IMG/VR virus record: IMGVR_UViG_3300021425_003554
Direction: 5' to 3' (one strand)
Source of the DNA: a virus
Lineage: Duplodnaviria > Caudoviricetes
DNA length: 64,000 nt
In this document: positions 28,638-37,170 of the stretch, in pieces
Position numbering within the stretch: the first letter of the stretch is position 1
Layout of the letters: every line of letters starts with the position of its first letter
Position numbers and translations under genes: made by a program
The notes under the pieces: model-generated
What the model saw: only the letters and a program-made list of their open reading frames with translations
Told to the model about the DNA's origin: nothing
Database searches by the model: none

Positions 28638-29903
28638 CTATCCTTTGTACTCGCTCAGCATTTTATCATAAAAATTATCAACATCATGATTTGGTTGCCA
28701 ATATTGATCAAATAAGAGGTCCGGTTGTGTTATTTTTAATGCCGGTTGTTGTCCAGCAATCTTATTTTTATACTTGTAATACTCGGTCATCTTAGAATAG
28801 TCGAAAATATATTTTTTAACCAAAGATTTGTGTTTGGTCATGTCTGCTGTTGGAATAAGTGACTTTAAATTAGTATAGGACCACTGCTGGAACTTGTCTG
28901 TGTTGAAAAAAGTATTTTTAGAGAAAAATTTTTGTTTTTCAAAAGATATATGTTCTCCGCTGTTATTGTATAAAAACGGTCGTTGGCAACTGAACTCCCA
29001 TTTGAAATTGAAATATGTCCACCAATACCAATCTGCTATACTAGTGAGATAATCATTGTGTTTGTTTTCAATAATATTATTCGAGAGTTTTTCACAAAAC
29101 CAATCAACGCAGTTTTTTGAAAACTCCGAGATATGCTTGTCAGAAAGATAGTTTTCTGGCAAACTTATTTTATAAAAATTGGTTTTGTTTTCTAGAATTT
29201 GTATCAATGGTTTTTTTATTAGATCCATATTTTTTTGCCAGGATTCGTGGTGAACTCCTTGACGTATAGCCATTTTCATTCTGCTTATGCTGGGACCAAA
29301 CAAGCAGTCGGCTGGGTCTCCGTGTAATAGAATGTACTGATCTAGAAACTCGTTTGTGACTAAAAAGAAAACAGAACTTCGAATTGCTAGTTTTCTGTAA
29401 ATAAATTTCATAAAAAATTCTGGATGTTCAAAAATAGAATCGGTATTACAAATGACCTCTATCATGTCGTGTTCGTTGTTGGGTATGTTTTTCAACAACG
29501 AAACCAATACTGATGTGGAATCAATTCCACCACTCCACATCACTGCCAGTTTCTTGTTGGAGTTCTTGGCCTCGTTGTACAACTCCATGGCTCGTGAATC
29601 ATAAATGTCCTCTAATTTATCATCGATGAATTTCAATTCGGGCATGGCATACAGTGGATTGCTGGGTGCGTTCCATGGATTATTAAAAGTACCCGATCGG
29701 GCTCGCCAGTCTGAAATACCTTGCATTAATTTATAAATCTGACCCCAGTACATACCATAAGGATTTTCTGGATACACAGACCTACTCAAAGGAAGATCAT
29801 ATCCCATGCTTAAAAAATTTGATACTGTATTAGATTTTGCAAATTTGTCTTTGACAGATTTGGGTAATGGAGAATTTTGGAACTTAACGATCTGTAATTT
29901 CAT
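28638..29903 (-). CDS. Asparagine-synthetase-like PP-loop amide ligase, paralog A
   Basis: MWSGGIDST PP-loop, HGDPADCLFGP (cf. SGEGADELFG), QRPF; no Ntn glutaminase domain. Confidence 0.7.
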   Translation of the reverse strand: MKLQIVKFQNSPLPKSVKDKFAKSNTVSNFLSMGYDLPLSRSVYPENPYGMYWGQIYKLMQGISDWRARSGTFNNPWNAPSNPLYAMPELKFIDDKLEDIYDSRAMELYNEAKNSNKKLAVMWSGGIDSTSVLVSLLKNIPNNEHDMIEVICNTDSIFEHPEFFMKFIYRKLAIRSSVFFLVTNEFLDQYILLHGDPADCLFGPSISRMKMAIRQGVHHESWQKNMDLIKKPLIQILENKTNFYKISLPENYLSDKHISEFSKNCVDWFCEKLSNNIIENKHNDYLTSIADWYWWTYFNFKWEFSCQRPFLYNNSGEHISFEKQKFFSKNTFFNTDKFQQWSYTNLKSLIPTADMTKHKSLVKKYIFDYSKMTEYYKYKNKIAGQQPALKITQPDLLFDQYWQPNHDVDNFYDKMLSEYKG

Positions 29904-30732
29904 TTAATTTCTTGCTCAAAAAAAATCTTATATGTTCTATCATGCTGTGCTCTTGGATTAAGTCTTTATATAGATTTGGATTTTTTTGAAAAGAACTCAA
30001 ATTGTCAAATCCGTCTTCTAATAAAAAATATCGATAACGCGGACTCGTTGTGTTTTTTGTTTTTGATGTTTTATCTATCATGTCGTTAATAAAGTCTAGA
30101 ACACAGTCGTTGTTTGATATGTCTATTTTATTAAAAGAGTCGATTAATGATTTTGTAACATATTTTTGGTATTCGTGTAAATCTGCACTATGTCTATCGT
30201 TTAAATTTAGCTCTTGTTCAAATATTTTTTTTAATTCCTCACTATGATCTGGTGTGTCCACTAATAGTTTTAAAAAATTAAAAAATTCTTTTATTCCATT
30301 ATCTTTATCTCTAGTTGAATCTATTTTAAAATTTTTTATTGAATCTAACTGTATTTGAACAATTTCAAAAATTTCTAATATTATTTCTAATACGTCTTTC
30401 AATTTATAGGAAATATCTATGTCAGTTGGTGAAATCATGATACCGGATTCTTTGGCATTATGCAGTGACACTGTTTGCTCTAGACTTTGAATCATGGTAG
30501 TGTTGGCACCATATTTTACACAATTGGTATTGTCTATGTTATCTAATATTATATCTCTATACTCAGTATTATATTTTTTTTGGTAATCTATTGTTTGGGT
30601 TATGTTTAATACCGGATAGAAATATTTTTGCATTATGACAAATTGTACTTGTTTAATAGCAGAAAAATTTGTTGACACCACAACAAATTTATTAGCGGCC
30701 GGGTCTATTAATCCATATAACTCGTTTGACAT
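29884..30732 (-). CDS. Hypothetical protein
   Basis: 282-aa AT-rich ORF between paralogs A and B. Confidence 0.7.
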   Translation of the reverse strand: MSNELYGLIDPAANKFVVVSTNFSAIKQVQFVIMQKYFYPVLNITQTIDYQKKYNTEYRDIILDNIDNTNCVKYGANTTMIQSLEQTVSLHNAKESGIMISPTDIDISYKLKDVLEIILEIFEIVQIQLDSIKNFKIDSTRDKDNGIKEFFNFLKLLVDTPDHSEELKKIFEQELNLNDRHSADLHEYQKYVTKSLIDSFNKIDISNNDCVLDFINDMIDKTSKTKNTTSPRYRYFLLEDGFDNLSSFQKNPNLYKDLIQEHSMIEHIRFFLSKKLNEITDR

Positions 30733-30743
30733 AATGTTAATTA

Positions 30744-32006
30744 TTACCCTTTATAACGATCCAGAAGCAATCTGGAAGTTTTAGCGACCCTATGATCGTC
30801 TTCATTCCAGGCGTGTCCTACCCACTCGTCGTCATAATAAAAAGGATTTATCGTGCCGTCACTATTCACATTCACAGTTCTCAAAACATTTACCGGAGTT
30901 TTGGTTCCTACTTTTGTTTTTGTACTGAAGTAAATTTCATTGTGATCAAACTCGTACACATATTTTTTTAAATCTATTTTGTGTTGTGATACATCTTTAG
31001 GTATCAAATTTTTTAAATTGGTGTAGGACCATTGCTGGAACTTGTCTGTGTTGAAGAATGTGTTCTTGGCAAATTGCTCTTGATGTCCGTGTGGTATCGA
31101 TTTCTTGTGCATGGGTATTCTTTTGCTATCTTGCTGTAAAGATCTCATATAAAAGAATGGACGTTGGCAACTGAATTCCCACTTGAAGTTGAAGTATTGC
31201 CACCACCAGAAATCTGCAACAGTTGATACATAATCAGATTGTCCGGCCTGTTGTATTGTTTGATTTATCTTGTCATAGTACCATTGATTGAAATCAAAAC
31301 CTAATTGATATGTTGACAGCAAAGGGTGTTTGATGTTTATTTTATGTATGCTGTGTGGTTTTAAATGGATGCCCGATGACTCATAATTTTTAACAGTTTG
31401 ATTATTGCTCGACGGCATATTGGGACCAAACAAGCAGTCGGCTGGGTCTCCGTGTAATAGAATGTACTGATCTAGGAAATCAACATCTAGTTTTATGTCT
31501 ATGTAATTTTTTTGTTTTAACTTGTTACTGATGTGTTTAAAATAAAAATTAACATTCTCATATATCGAGGAAGTTGTCATGATGACCTCTATCATGTCGT
31601 GTTCGTTGTTGGGTATGTTTTTCAACAACGAAACCAATACCGCAGTGGAATCAATTCCACCACTCCACATCACTGCCAGTTTCTTGTTGGAGTTCTTGGC
31701 CTCGTTGTACAACTCCGTGGCTCTCTCGTCCAGCAAGTCACTCATTTTGTCGTTGATGAATTTCAATTCGGGCATGGCATACAGTGGATTGCTGGGTGCG
31801 TTCCATGGCGTGCTGAACGTGCCTCTGCGAGGACGAGTGTCATGAATTCCTAGCAATATCCTCGGAATAAGAATCCAAGCAACGGCAAAATTGTTTTTTT
31901 TCATTTCATTTAGGTATTGTTGGACCTCCCAGTTATCGACCATTCGAGATGATTTAATTTTTTTCACATGATCAACTGGATATTTTTTGCTGTGATAGTT
32001 TTCCAT
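30744..32006 (-). CDS. Asparagine-synthetase-like PP-loop amide ligase, paralog B
   Basis: Same motifs; shares exact DNA blocks with A and C. Confidence 0.7.
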   Translation of the reverse strand: MENYHSKKYPVDHVKKIKSSRMVDNWEVQQYLNEMKKNNFAVAWILIPRILLGIHDTRPRRGTFSTPWNAPSNPLYAMPELKFINDKMSDLLDERATELYNEAKNSNKKLAVMWSGGIDSTAVLVSLLKNIPNNEHDMIEVIMTTSSIYENVNFYFKHISNKLKQKNYIDIKLDVDFLDQYILLHGDPADCLFGPNMPSSNNQTVKNYESSGIHLKPHSIHKINIKHPLLSTYQLGFDFNQWYYDKINQTIQQAGQSDYVSTVADFWWWQYFNFKWEFSCQRPFFYMRSLQQDSKRIPMHKKSIPHGHQEQFAKNTFFNTDKFQQWSYTNLKNLIPKDVSQHKIDLKKYVYEFDHNEIYFSTKTKVGTKTPVNVLRTVNVNSDGTINPFYYDDEWVGHAWNEDDHRVAKTSRLLLDRYKG

Positions 32007-32021
32007 ATCTTTAATGTGTTG

Positions 32022-33245
32022 CTAACCCTCGTACCTTTCTATGAGATATCTCATACTTTTATCAACCGTGCTGTTGTCTTCGTTTCCACTATAACCTATC
32101 CAGTTGTTGTCATAATAAACTGGTCTATCGATATCTATGTGTTGTATGGGATTTTTGACTCCCACTTTTGGTTTTTCAACAAAATAAATTTCATTGTGAT
32201 CAAACTCATACACATATCTTTTTACATCTATTTTGTGTTGTGACCGGTCATCGTCAGGAATTAATCTTTTTAAATTGGTGTAGGACCACTGCTGGAACTT
32301 GTCTGTGTTGAAGAATGTGTTCTTGGCAAACTGTTGTTGATGCTCATATGATATTGGTTTCTTGTACAAGGGCATTCCGTCTTTGTCGCCGGTAGATCTC
32401 ATATAAAAGAATGGACGTTGGCAACTGAATTCCCACTTGAAGTTGAAATAGGTCCACCACCAGAAATCTGCAACAGTTGATACATAATCTTGCTGATCAA
32501 TCTCGCCTATGCTTTGACTTATTTTGTCATAGTACCATTGATTGAAATCTACTGCTAGATCGTCTGTCAAATAGTTTTTAATTTTTATTTTGTGTATGCT
32601 ATGCGGTTGTTTGTGCAGACCTTTGAGAAAATAATCTTTATACATGGGCATACTGGGACCAAACAAGCAGTCACCCGGATCACCGTGTAGTAAAATGTAT
32701 TTGTCAAGAAAGTATGTGTTCAAACTTATATCAAGATAAAAAGATTGTTTGATCTTTCCATTGATGTGTTTTTTCCAATATTCAACATTCTCATATATCG
32801 AGGAAGTTGTCATGATGACCTCTATCATGTCGTGTTCGTTGTTGGGTATGTTTTTCAACAACGATGTCAGCACTGCTGTGGAATCAATTCCACCACTCCA
32901 CATCACTGCCAGTTTCTTGTTGGAGTTCTTGGCCTCGTTGTACAACTCCGTGGCCCTCTCGTCCATTAGATCTGACAGCGTGTCGTTGATGAATTTCAAT
33001 TCGGGCATGGCATACAGTGGATTGCTGGGTGCGTTCCATGGCGTGTTGAACGTGCCTCTGCGAGCTCGCAGATCTTGTACTCCGATCAATATTTTTGGAG
33101 TTCGTCTCCAAACTTCGGCAAACTTGTTTGCATAGGTTCCGTTATTTTTCAAATCGGTTTTTGCACTGGGATAGGGTATCCAGTGGTTGTCGACCATCCG
33201 TGATGAACGTATTCCTTGTATGTGTGCCTGTGGATGATGTTTCAT
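32022..33245 (-). CDS. Asparagine-synthetase-like PP-loop amide ligase, paralog C
   Basis: Same motifs; TTAAATA 7 nt upstream of ATG. Confidence 0.7.
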   Translation of the reverse strand: MKHHPQAHIQGIRSSRMVDNHWIPYPSAKTDLKNNGTYANKFAEVWRRTPKILIGVQDLRARRGTFNTPWNAPSNPLYAMPELKFINDTLSDLMDERATELYNEAKNSNKKLAVMWSGGIDSTAVLTSLLKNIPNNEHDMIEVIMTTSSIYENVEYWKKHINGKIKQSFYLDISLNTYFLDKYILLHGDPGDCLFGPSMPMYKDYFLKGLHKQPHSIHKIKIKNYLTDDLAVDFNQWYYDKISQSIGEIDQQDYVSTVADFWWWTYFNFKWEFSCQRPFFYMRSTGDKDGMPLYKKPISYEHQQQFAKNTFFNTDKFQQWSYTNLKRLIPDDDRSQHKIDVKRYVYEFDHNEIYFVEKPKVGVKNPIQHIDIDRPVYYDNNWIGYSGNEDNSTVDKSMRYLIERYEG

Positions 33246-33275
33246 TTTTGTTTATTTAAATAAACAAAAAAACTT

Positions 33276-34019
33276 TTAAAAAATAGTGAGTATATCTGGT
33301 AAATGAAATATTACCAAAATGTAATCTTTGTTTTTTCCGGATTTGAAAAAAGTGTTTGCCAAAAATTTGTCGGGTGTCACTTCCAGCATGGTACCAGGTA
33401 CATGATCATATACTTTTTCCACGGTTAAATTGTCTAATCGATTATACGGATAACCGTTGTTCTGAATCACTGTGTGCCGTAGGTCATATCTAAAACTGTT
33501 GCTGTTTTCTGTTGGCGATATTGGTTGAGAACATCGTTCTAACATTTCCGTGTGATTGGAAGCCGTGTCCGAAAACACCAGTGTCTTGTCCGATGACGGG
33601 TCGGTGTTTATTGGCATTAAAAACATTTTAGTGACCTGCGTCGTATCATGACTAGAATGATGGTATAGGCCGTGAGGTGCATGGCATTCTTGTAGGAACA
33701 TAAAACGAGGCTGGGCAACTTTTAGTTCACTTTTGAAATGCTGTATCTTGTTGATCACTGCCTGTCTTATGCCGTTGCTTGGATCCACGTTGACAAATCT
33801 GGAAAGTGGTTGTAATCGTTCTACTGGTTTGAAAGGAAAGACCGATTCGGGCCTAGAACCGTTGCCGGGATCTACAAAGTTTTTGAAGTCATACGGTTTG
33901 CGTGCCGATGCTTTCAACTGTTTGATCTCGTGTCGTAGCCATTTCAACTGATTGCTGTTCCACACGTCCTTGTGTACATTTGCTACATTCCTGAAAGTGT
34001 CGTTTATATTGTTGCTCAT
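33276..34019 (-). CDS. Degenerate Fe/2OG-oxygenase-like protein
   Basis: Aligns by eye with 35811 ORF but lacks HxD and distal His. Confidence 0.5.
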   Translation of the reverse strand: MSNNINDTFRNVANVHKDVWNSNQLKWLRHEIKQLKASARKPYDFKNFVDPGNGSRPESVFPFKPVERLQPLSRFVNVDPSNGIRQAVINKIQHFKSELKVAQPRFMFLQECHAPHGLYHHSSHDTTQVTKMFLMPINTDPSSDKTLVFSDTASNHTEMLERCSQPISPTENSNSFRYDLRHTVIQNNGYPYNRLDNLTVEKVYDHVPGTMLEVTPDKFLANTFFKSGKNKDYILVIFHLPDILTIF

Positions 34020-34075
34020 ATATCTGTATTTAACTAATTTTCGCCGACTATTCTATGATCATTAAATAAAACATC

Positions 34076-34849
34076 ATGCAAAACATCAAAGAAGCCAGAC
34101 AACTGATACGTGCCGGGGAATACACTGGATATACCAGTGGATGGTGTAGAGACTATGTTCAGGGTAACTTGTGCATAGTGGACAAGTCGGATGCCGAGGA
34201 TTTCGCAGAGTTCTGCAGATTGAATCCAAAACCGTGTCCGGTGTTGGCACAGGGAGATCCCGGAGATCCAGTGTTGAAGTCATTGGGGGATATCAACATA
34301 TGTACCGATCTTCCCAGATATCGCGTGTGGCGTAAAGGTAAATTAGTGGACATAGTTTCTGACATTTCGTCATACTGGACCAACGACATGGTGGCCTTTG
34401 TTCTCGGATGCAGTTTCAGTTTTGATCAACTGTTCTTGGATGCAGGACTGCCGTTGCCTCATCTCAATGATGGTTCGATGGTGGCCATGTACCGCACCTG
34501 GAACGAATGCGAGTCCGTGGGCAAATTTCGAGGACGACTGGTGGTGAGCATGAGACAGTTCCGTGCGGACCATGCCATAGAATCCATAGCGATATCGTCA
34601 AGGTATCCACTGGCACATGGAACTCCTGTACACATCGGAGATCCCACACAGATAGGAATACGAGACCTAACCAAACCCGATTACGGAGATGTGCCCAAAG
34701 TTGTGCAGGGACATCTGCCTGTGTTCTGGGCCTGTGGTGTGACGCCACAGAGCATATTGACCACATCGCCGGATGTGGAGATAGCGATCACACACCAGCC
34801 TGGTTGTATGCTGTTGACCGATATACCTTATTCAAAAATAGCAGTGTGA
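34076..34849 (+). CDS. D-glutamate cyclase family (DUF1445/UPF0317)
   Basis: FCRLNPKPCPVL, TDLPRYRV, GCSFSF, HGTPVHIG, FWACGVTPQ, THQPGCML. Confidence 0.92.
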   Translation: MQNIKEARQLIRAGEYTGYTSGWCRDYVQGNLCIVDKSDAEDFAEFCRLNPKPCPVLAQGDPGDPVLKSLGDINICTDLPRYRVWRKGKLVDIVSDISSYWTNDMVAFVLGCSFSFDQLFLDAGLPLPHLNDGSMVAMYRTWNECESVGKFRGRLVVSMRQFRADHAIESIAISSRYPLAHGTPVHIGDPTQIGIRDLTKPDYGDVPKVVQGHLPVFWACGVTPQSILTTSPDVEIAITHQPGCMLLTDIPYSKIAV

Positions 34850-34857
34850 TAGATCTA

Positions 34858-35493
34858 TCACTGATCGATCATCAGATCATGTATTTGTTGGAAGTCATGA
34901 TCTTTTCTCATTTTGTTTTCTAATCGCAAACTCATGATTATCCTCTCATGTGTGGTAGAGGTGTTCCCCCAGTAATGCCACTCGCCGGTGTTTATCAACA
35001 TTGCCTGGTCGTTCTGTAGCACAGTGGTACAGGCCCGAGGTGTCTGTAGTTGACCTTGCATGTCCCACCATTCATCGTCCACGTTGTGTACATCGCTATA
35101 GATTGTCCGTGGATCATTCTTCAACACTTCATCATCCACCCAGTAGGTGTTGCAACATTGGTCCAGCACCTTTATGGGGAAATTCAATCCCACCAGGTCG
35201 TCGGCACCTGGGCCTTCGGTCCTGTCTCTGTGCAGTGAGGAATAATCTCCGGGCTGTGATATCAGAACACTTCCGATTCTTTGCCACGATATGCTGTCCG
35301 GGCCGGGCAGGCAATGATATATCTCTGACAGATCTATGCTTTTGCGAGTGTGCTTCCGGGCTGTCGGGAATGTGTGTGGTTGACAAACCCTGTCGTCATT
35401 GACGTGTGCCTGTAGCCAAGATATTATTTTGGGCAATCCGGGCCAGGTGATCGTGGTGTAATAGGGAGAGTGATCTGAGATGACTTTCATCAT
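34858..35493 (-). CDS. Fe/2OG-oxygenase-like protein
   Basis: SLHRD, LINTGEWH, ERIIMSLR; start refined to ATG behind GATAAATA. Confidence 0.65.
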   Translation of the reverse strand: MMKVISDHSPYYTTITWPGLPKIISWLQAHVNDDRVCQPHTFPTARKHTRKSIDLSEIYHCLPGPDSISWQRIGSVLISQPGDYSSLHRDRTEGPGADDLVGLNFPIKVLDQCCNTYWVDDEVLKNDPRTIYSDVHNVDDEWWDMQGQLQTPRACTTVLQNDQAMLINTGEWHYWGNTSTTHERIIMSLRLENKMRKDHDFQQIHDLMIDQ

Positions 35494-35562
35494 GTGCTGA
35501 TATTTATCGGCATGGATCAAACAGCATATTATGGTGACACACGCGATATTAAGTATTTTTGT

Positions 35563-35817
35563 ATGTACACCATAGAGCAGAGGAAGACCATATACCTCAT
35601 GACACGCAAACCGGTGTGGTATCACACTCACTGCCTCACACCGGGACCGGGCAAACCCCTGTGGTACGATCCCACGTGGGTCATAGGCGAGTGCGAACTG
35701 TGCCGCATGGACATAGCCGGCCAGGACTGGTGGAACGGTTGCAGTTATCGACAATCACAGAGAAAGGTGTACGACGGCCTGATCAATCAACGCCACTGGT
35801 TTGGTGTTGATCAGTAG
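35563..35817 (+). CDS. Small Cys/Trp-rich hypothetical protein
   Basis: MYTIEQRK..CELC..; fills the gap between minus-strand genes. Confidence 0.45.
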   Translation: MYTIEQRKTIYLMTRKPVWYHTHCLTPGPGKPLWYDPTWVIGECELCRMDIAGQDWWNGCSYRQSQRKVYDGLINQRHWFGVDQ

Positions 35818-36500
35818 GACTCGTTGCGGAACTGTCGGGCGAAGGGTCCTTGTTTGATGGTGGTGTGTATCAGCAGATAGTCCTTGTGTTGGCGTTCCGG
35901 TGAGTGCCTCTGCCAATCAGATCCAGCGTGTATGGCGTGTGCATCAAAACACACAGCATCTCCCAACCTGTACTCGAACACACCGGCCACTGTCATGTGA
36001 TCCACCACTGATTCACAGTGTTCCAGTTGATAGCGTAGTCGGTGATCACCCCTGTGGGGCCATGTGCTCGCACTGTGTATTATGCGTTGTTGGGCCTGGT
36101 GTGCATCGATCTGTTCCTGTCGTAGGTCAGTGATGGTGCTGTGATCAAACACCACTGTGCGATCCACGCCGGGGGTGACGTGTCGCAACGGCAACAGTAT
36201 GCTGTGTCCACGACCCTGATTGGGATGGTTGTCGGTGTGCAGGCTATTTGACCGGTGCTGTTCCACGAAGGCCATGAATGTGAGCTTCTCGTCGGGCAGG
36301 TCCTCCATGACACGCATCGCGAACTGCTGTGTGATGGGATAGAGGTGCTGTTGGGCATTGATCCTGTATCTCCGGGCCATTGCAGTGCGTCCCATGTCGG
36401 GCAGGGGTTCACGCTCCAGGCACTGATCCATTTCCGCACAGATCTGCTCCAGCTCTGCTGTGCTGACCACATCGTGCAGTACTCGGAAATCCACTGTCAT
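35811..36500 (-). CDS. Fe/2OG-oxygenase-like protein
   Basis: SLHTD HxD, distal HAGS; TATAAATA 5 nt upstream of ATG at 36500. Confidence 0.65.
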   Translation of the reverse strand: MTVDFRVLHDVVSTAELEQICAEMDQCLEREPLPDMGRTAMARRYRINAQQHLYPITQQFAMRVMEDLPDEKLTFMAFVEQHRSNSLHTDNHPNQGRGHSILLPLRHVTPGVDRTVVFDHSTITDLRQEQIDAHQAQQRIIHSASTWPHRGDHRLRYQLEHCESVVDHMTVAGVFEYRLGDAVCFDAHAIHAGSDWQRHSPERQHKDYLLIHTTIKQGPFARQFRNESY

Positions 36501-36524
36501 GCTGATATTTATAGGGTGATTGTT

Positions 36525-36570
36525 TGACCCGGCTCCGCTGTGGACGAAACCGGGCGGATCCCACAGTCCC
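36525..36570 (-). ncRNA. Pseudoknotted trailer RNA 3' of the atypical tRNA
   Basis: CTGTGG/CCACAG, TCCG/CGGA, CCCGG/CCGGG pairings in A-C-B-A'-C'-B' order. Confidence 0.5.
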
Positions 36571-36572
36571 TT

Positions 36573-36669
36573 TGGTACGGTCAACAGGACTCGAACCTGT
36601 AGTGCCCTCTCGAGCTCCAGCGTCAAAACACCGGATGTGTCTGGATACTCCTGATTTCACCATGACCGC
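36573..36669 (-). tRNA. Atypical class II (Leu-like) tRNA-like RNA with non-canonical D and anticodon arms
   Basis: 7-bp acceptor GCGGTCA/TGACCGT, A73, CCA, T-arm ACAGG-TTCGAGT-CCTGT, variable arm GCTC-GAGA-GGGC; TGTTATAAT just upstream. Confidence 0.75.
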
Positions 36670-36765
36670 ACACGCATTATAACATGGCCCCGATGGTAAT
36701 GCTAGACCTTTTTTTTCTGCTGTGCAAATTTTTTTGATCTGAGGAACACCGGGTGTAGGCAGTTT

Positions 36766-36936
36766 TTACAACAGCAATCGCCTGTCCACTTCGCTCGCGG
36801 GCACATCACACACCTGTACCAGATCATATCGCTGTTCCAGTGAGTCATGCAGTATGTCAGCGGATTCCCGATCCAACTGCACATAGCAACGATGTAGTAT
36901 ACGGCCCTTTTGACACATAACGTAGTAGTACTTCAT
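36766..36936 (-). CDS. Small hypothetical protein
   Basis: 56-aa ORF MKYYYVMCQKG.. Confidence 0.4.
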   Translation of the reverse strand: MKYYYVMCQKGRILHRCYVQLDRESADILHDSLEQRYDLVQVCDVPASEVDRRLLL

Positions 36937-37170
36937 GTAGGTTATTATACGTTCAAACGACACAGTTGTCAAACCTGGGTATGCAGGGTAAAAAAATCCG
37001 CTGTGCATTTTTTTTAATATGGGGGTATTTTAGCACCACCCCGGTCCTTTTTAGGCCATGGGGCTTACAAATTGCCAAATTTATTACCAAAATAAAAATG
37101 CTATGCGACCGGGGCCAGATCTTTTTCTTTCTGGGTCCAGCCGGCCGACCCTGATTATTAAATATAACAT

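Larger units (their letters stand above)
29515..32949. repeat. 72-bp exact triplicate block in paralogs A/B/C
   Basis: Identical at 29515-29586, 31645-31716, 32878-32949; a second 54-bp block at 29625-29678, 31755-31808, 32988-33041. Confidence 0.9.

Noticed and set aside
28638-33245. Diversity-generating retroelement (TR/VR pair) explanation for the paralog repeats
   Set aside because: No reverse transcriptase in the window; differences are block-wise and not adenine-specific; all copies are coding
36525-36570. Hammerhead ribozyme on the plus strand (CTGTGGA..CGAAAC) or HDV/theta ribozyme on the minus strand
   Set aside because: CUGANGA core is broken and stem II is absent; no P3/L3 for an HDV fold; reported as an unknown structure instead
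36573-36669. tmRNA or tRNA-Sec identity
   Set aside because: No G3.U70, tag ORF or permuted layout; acceptor is 7 bp and there is no UCA anticodon
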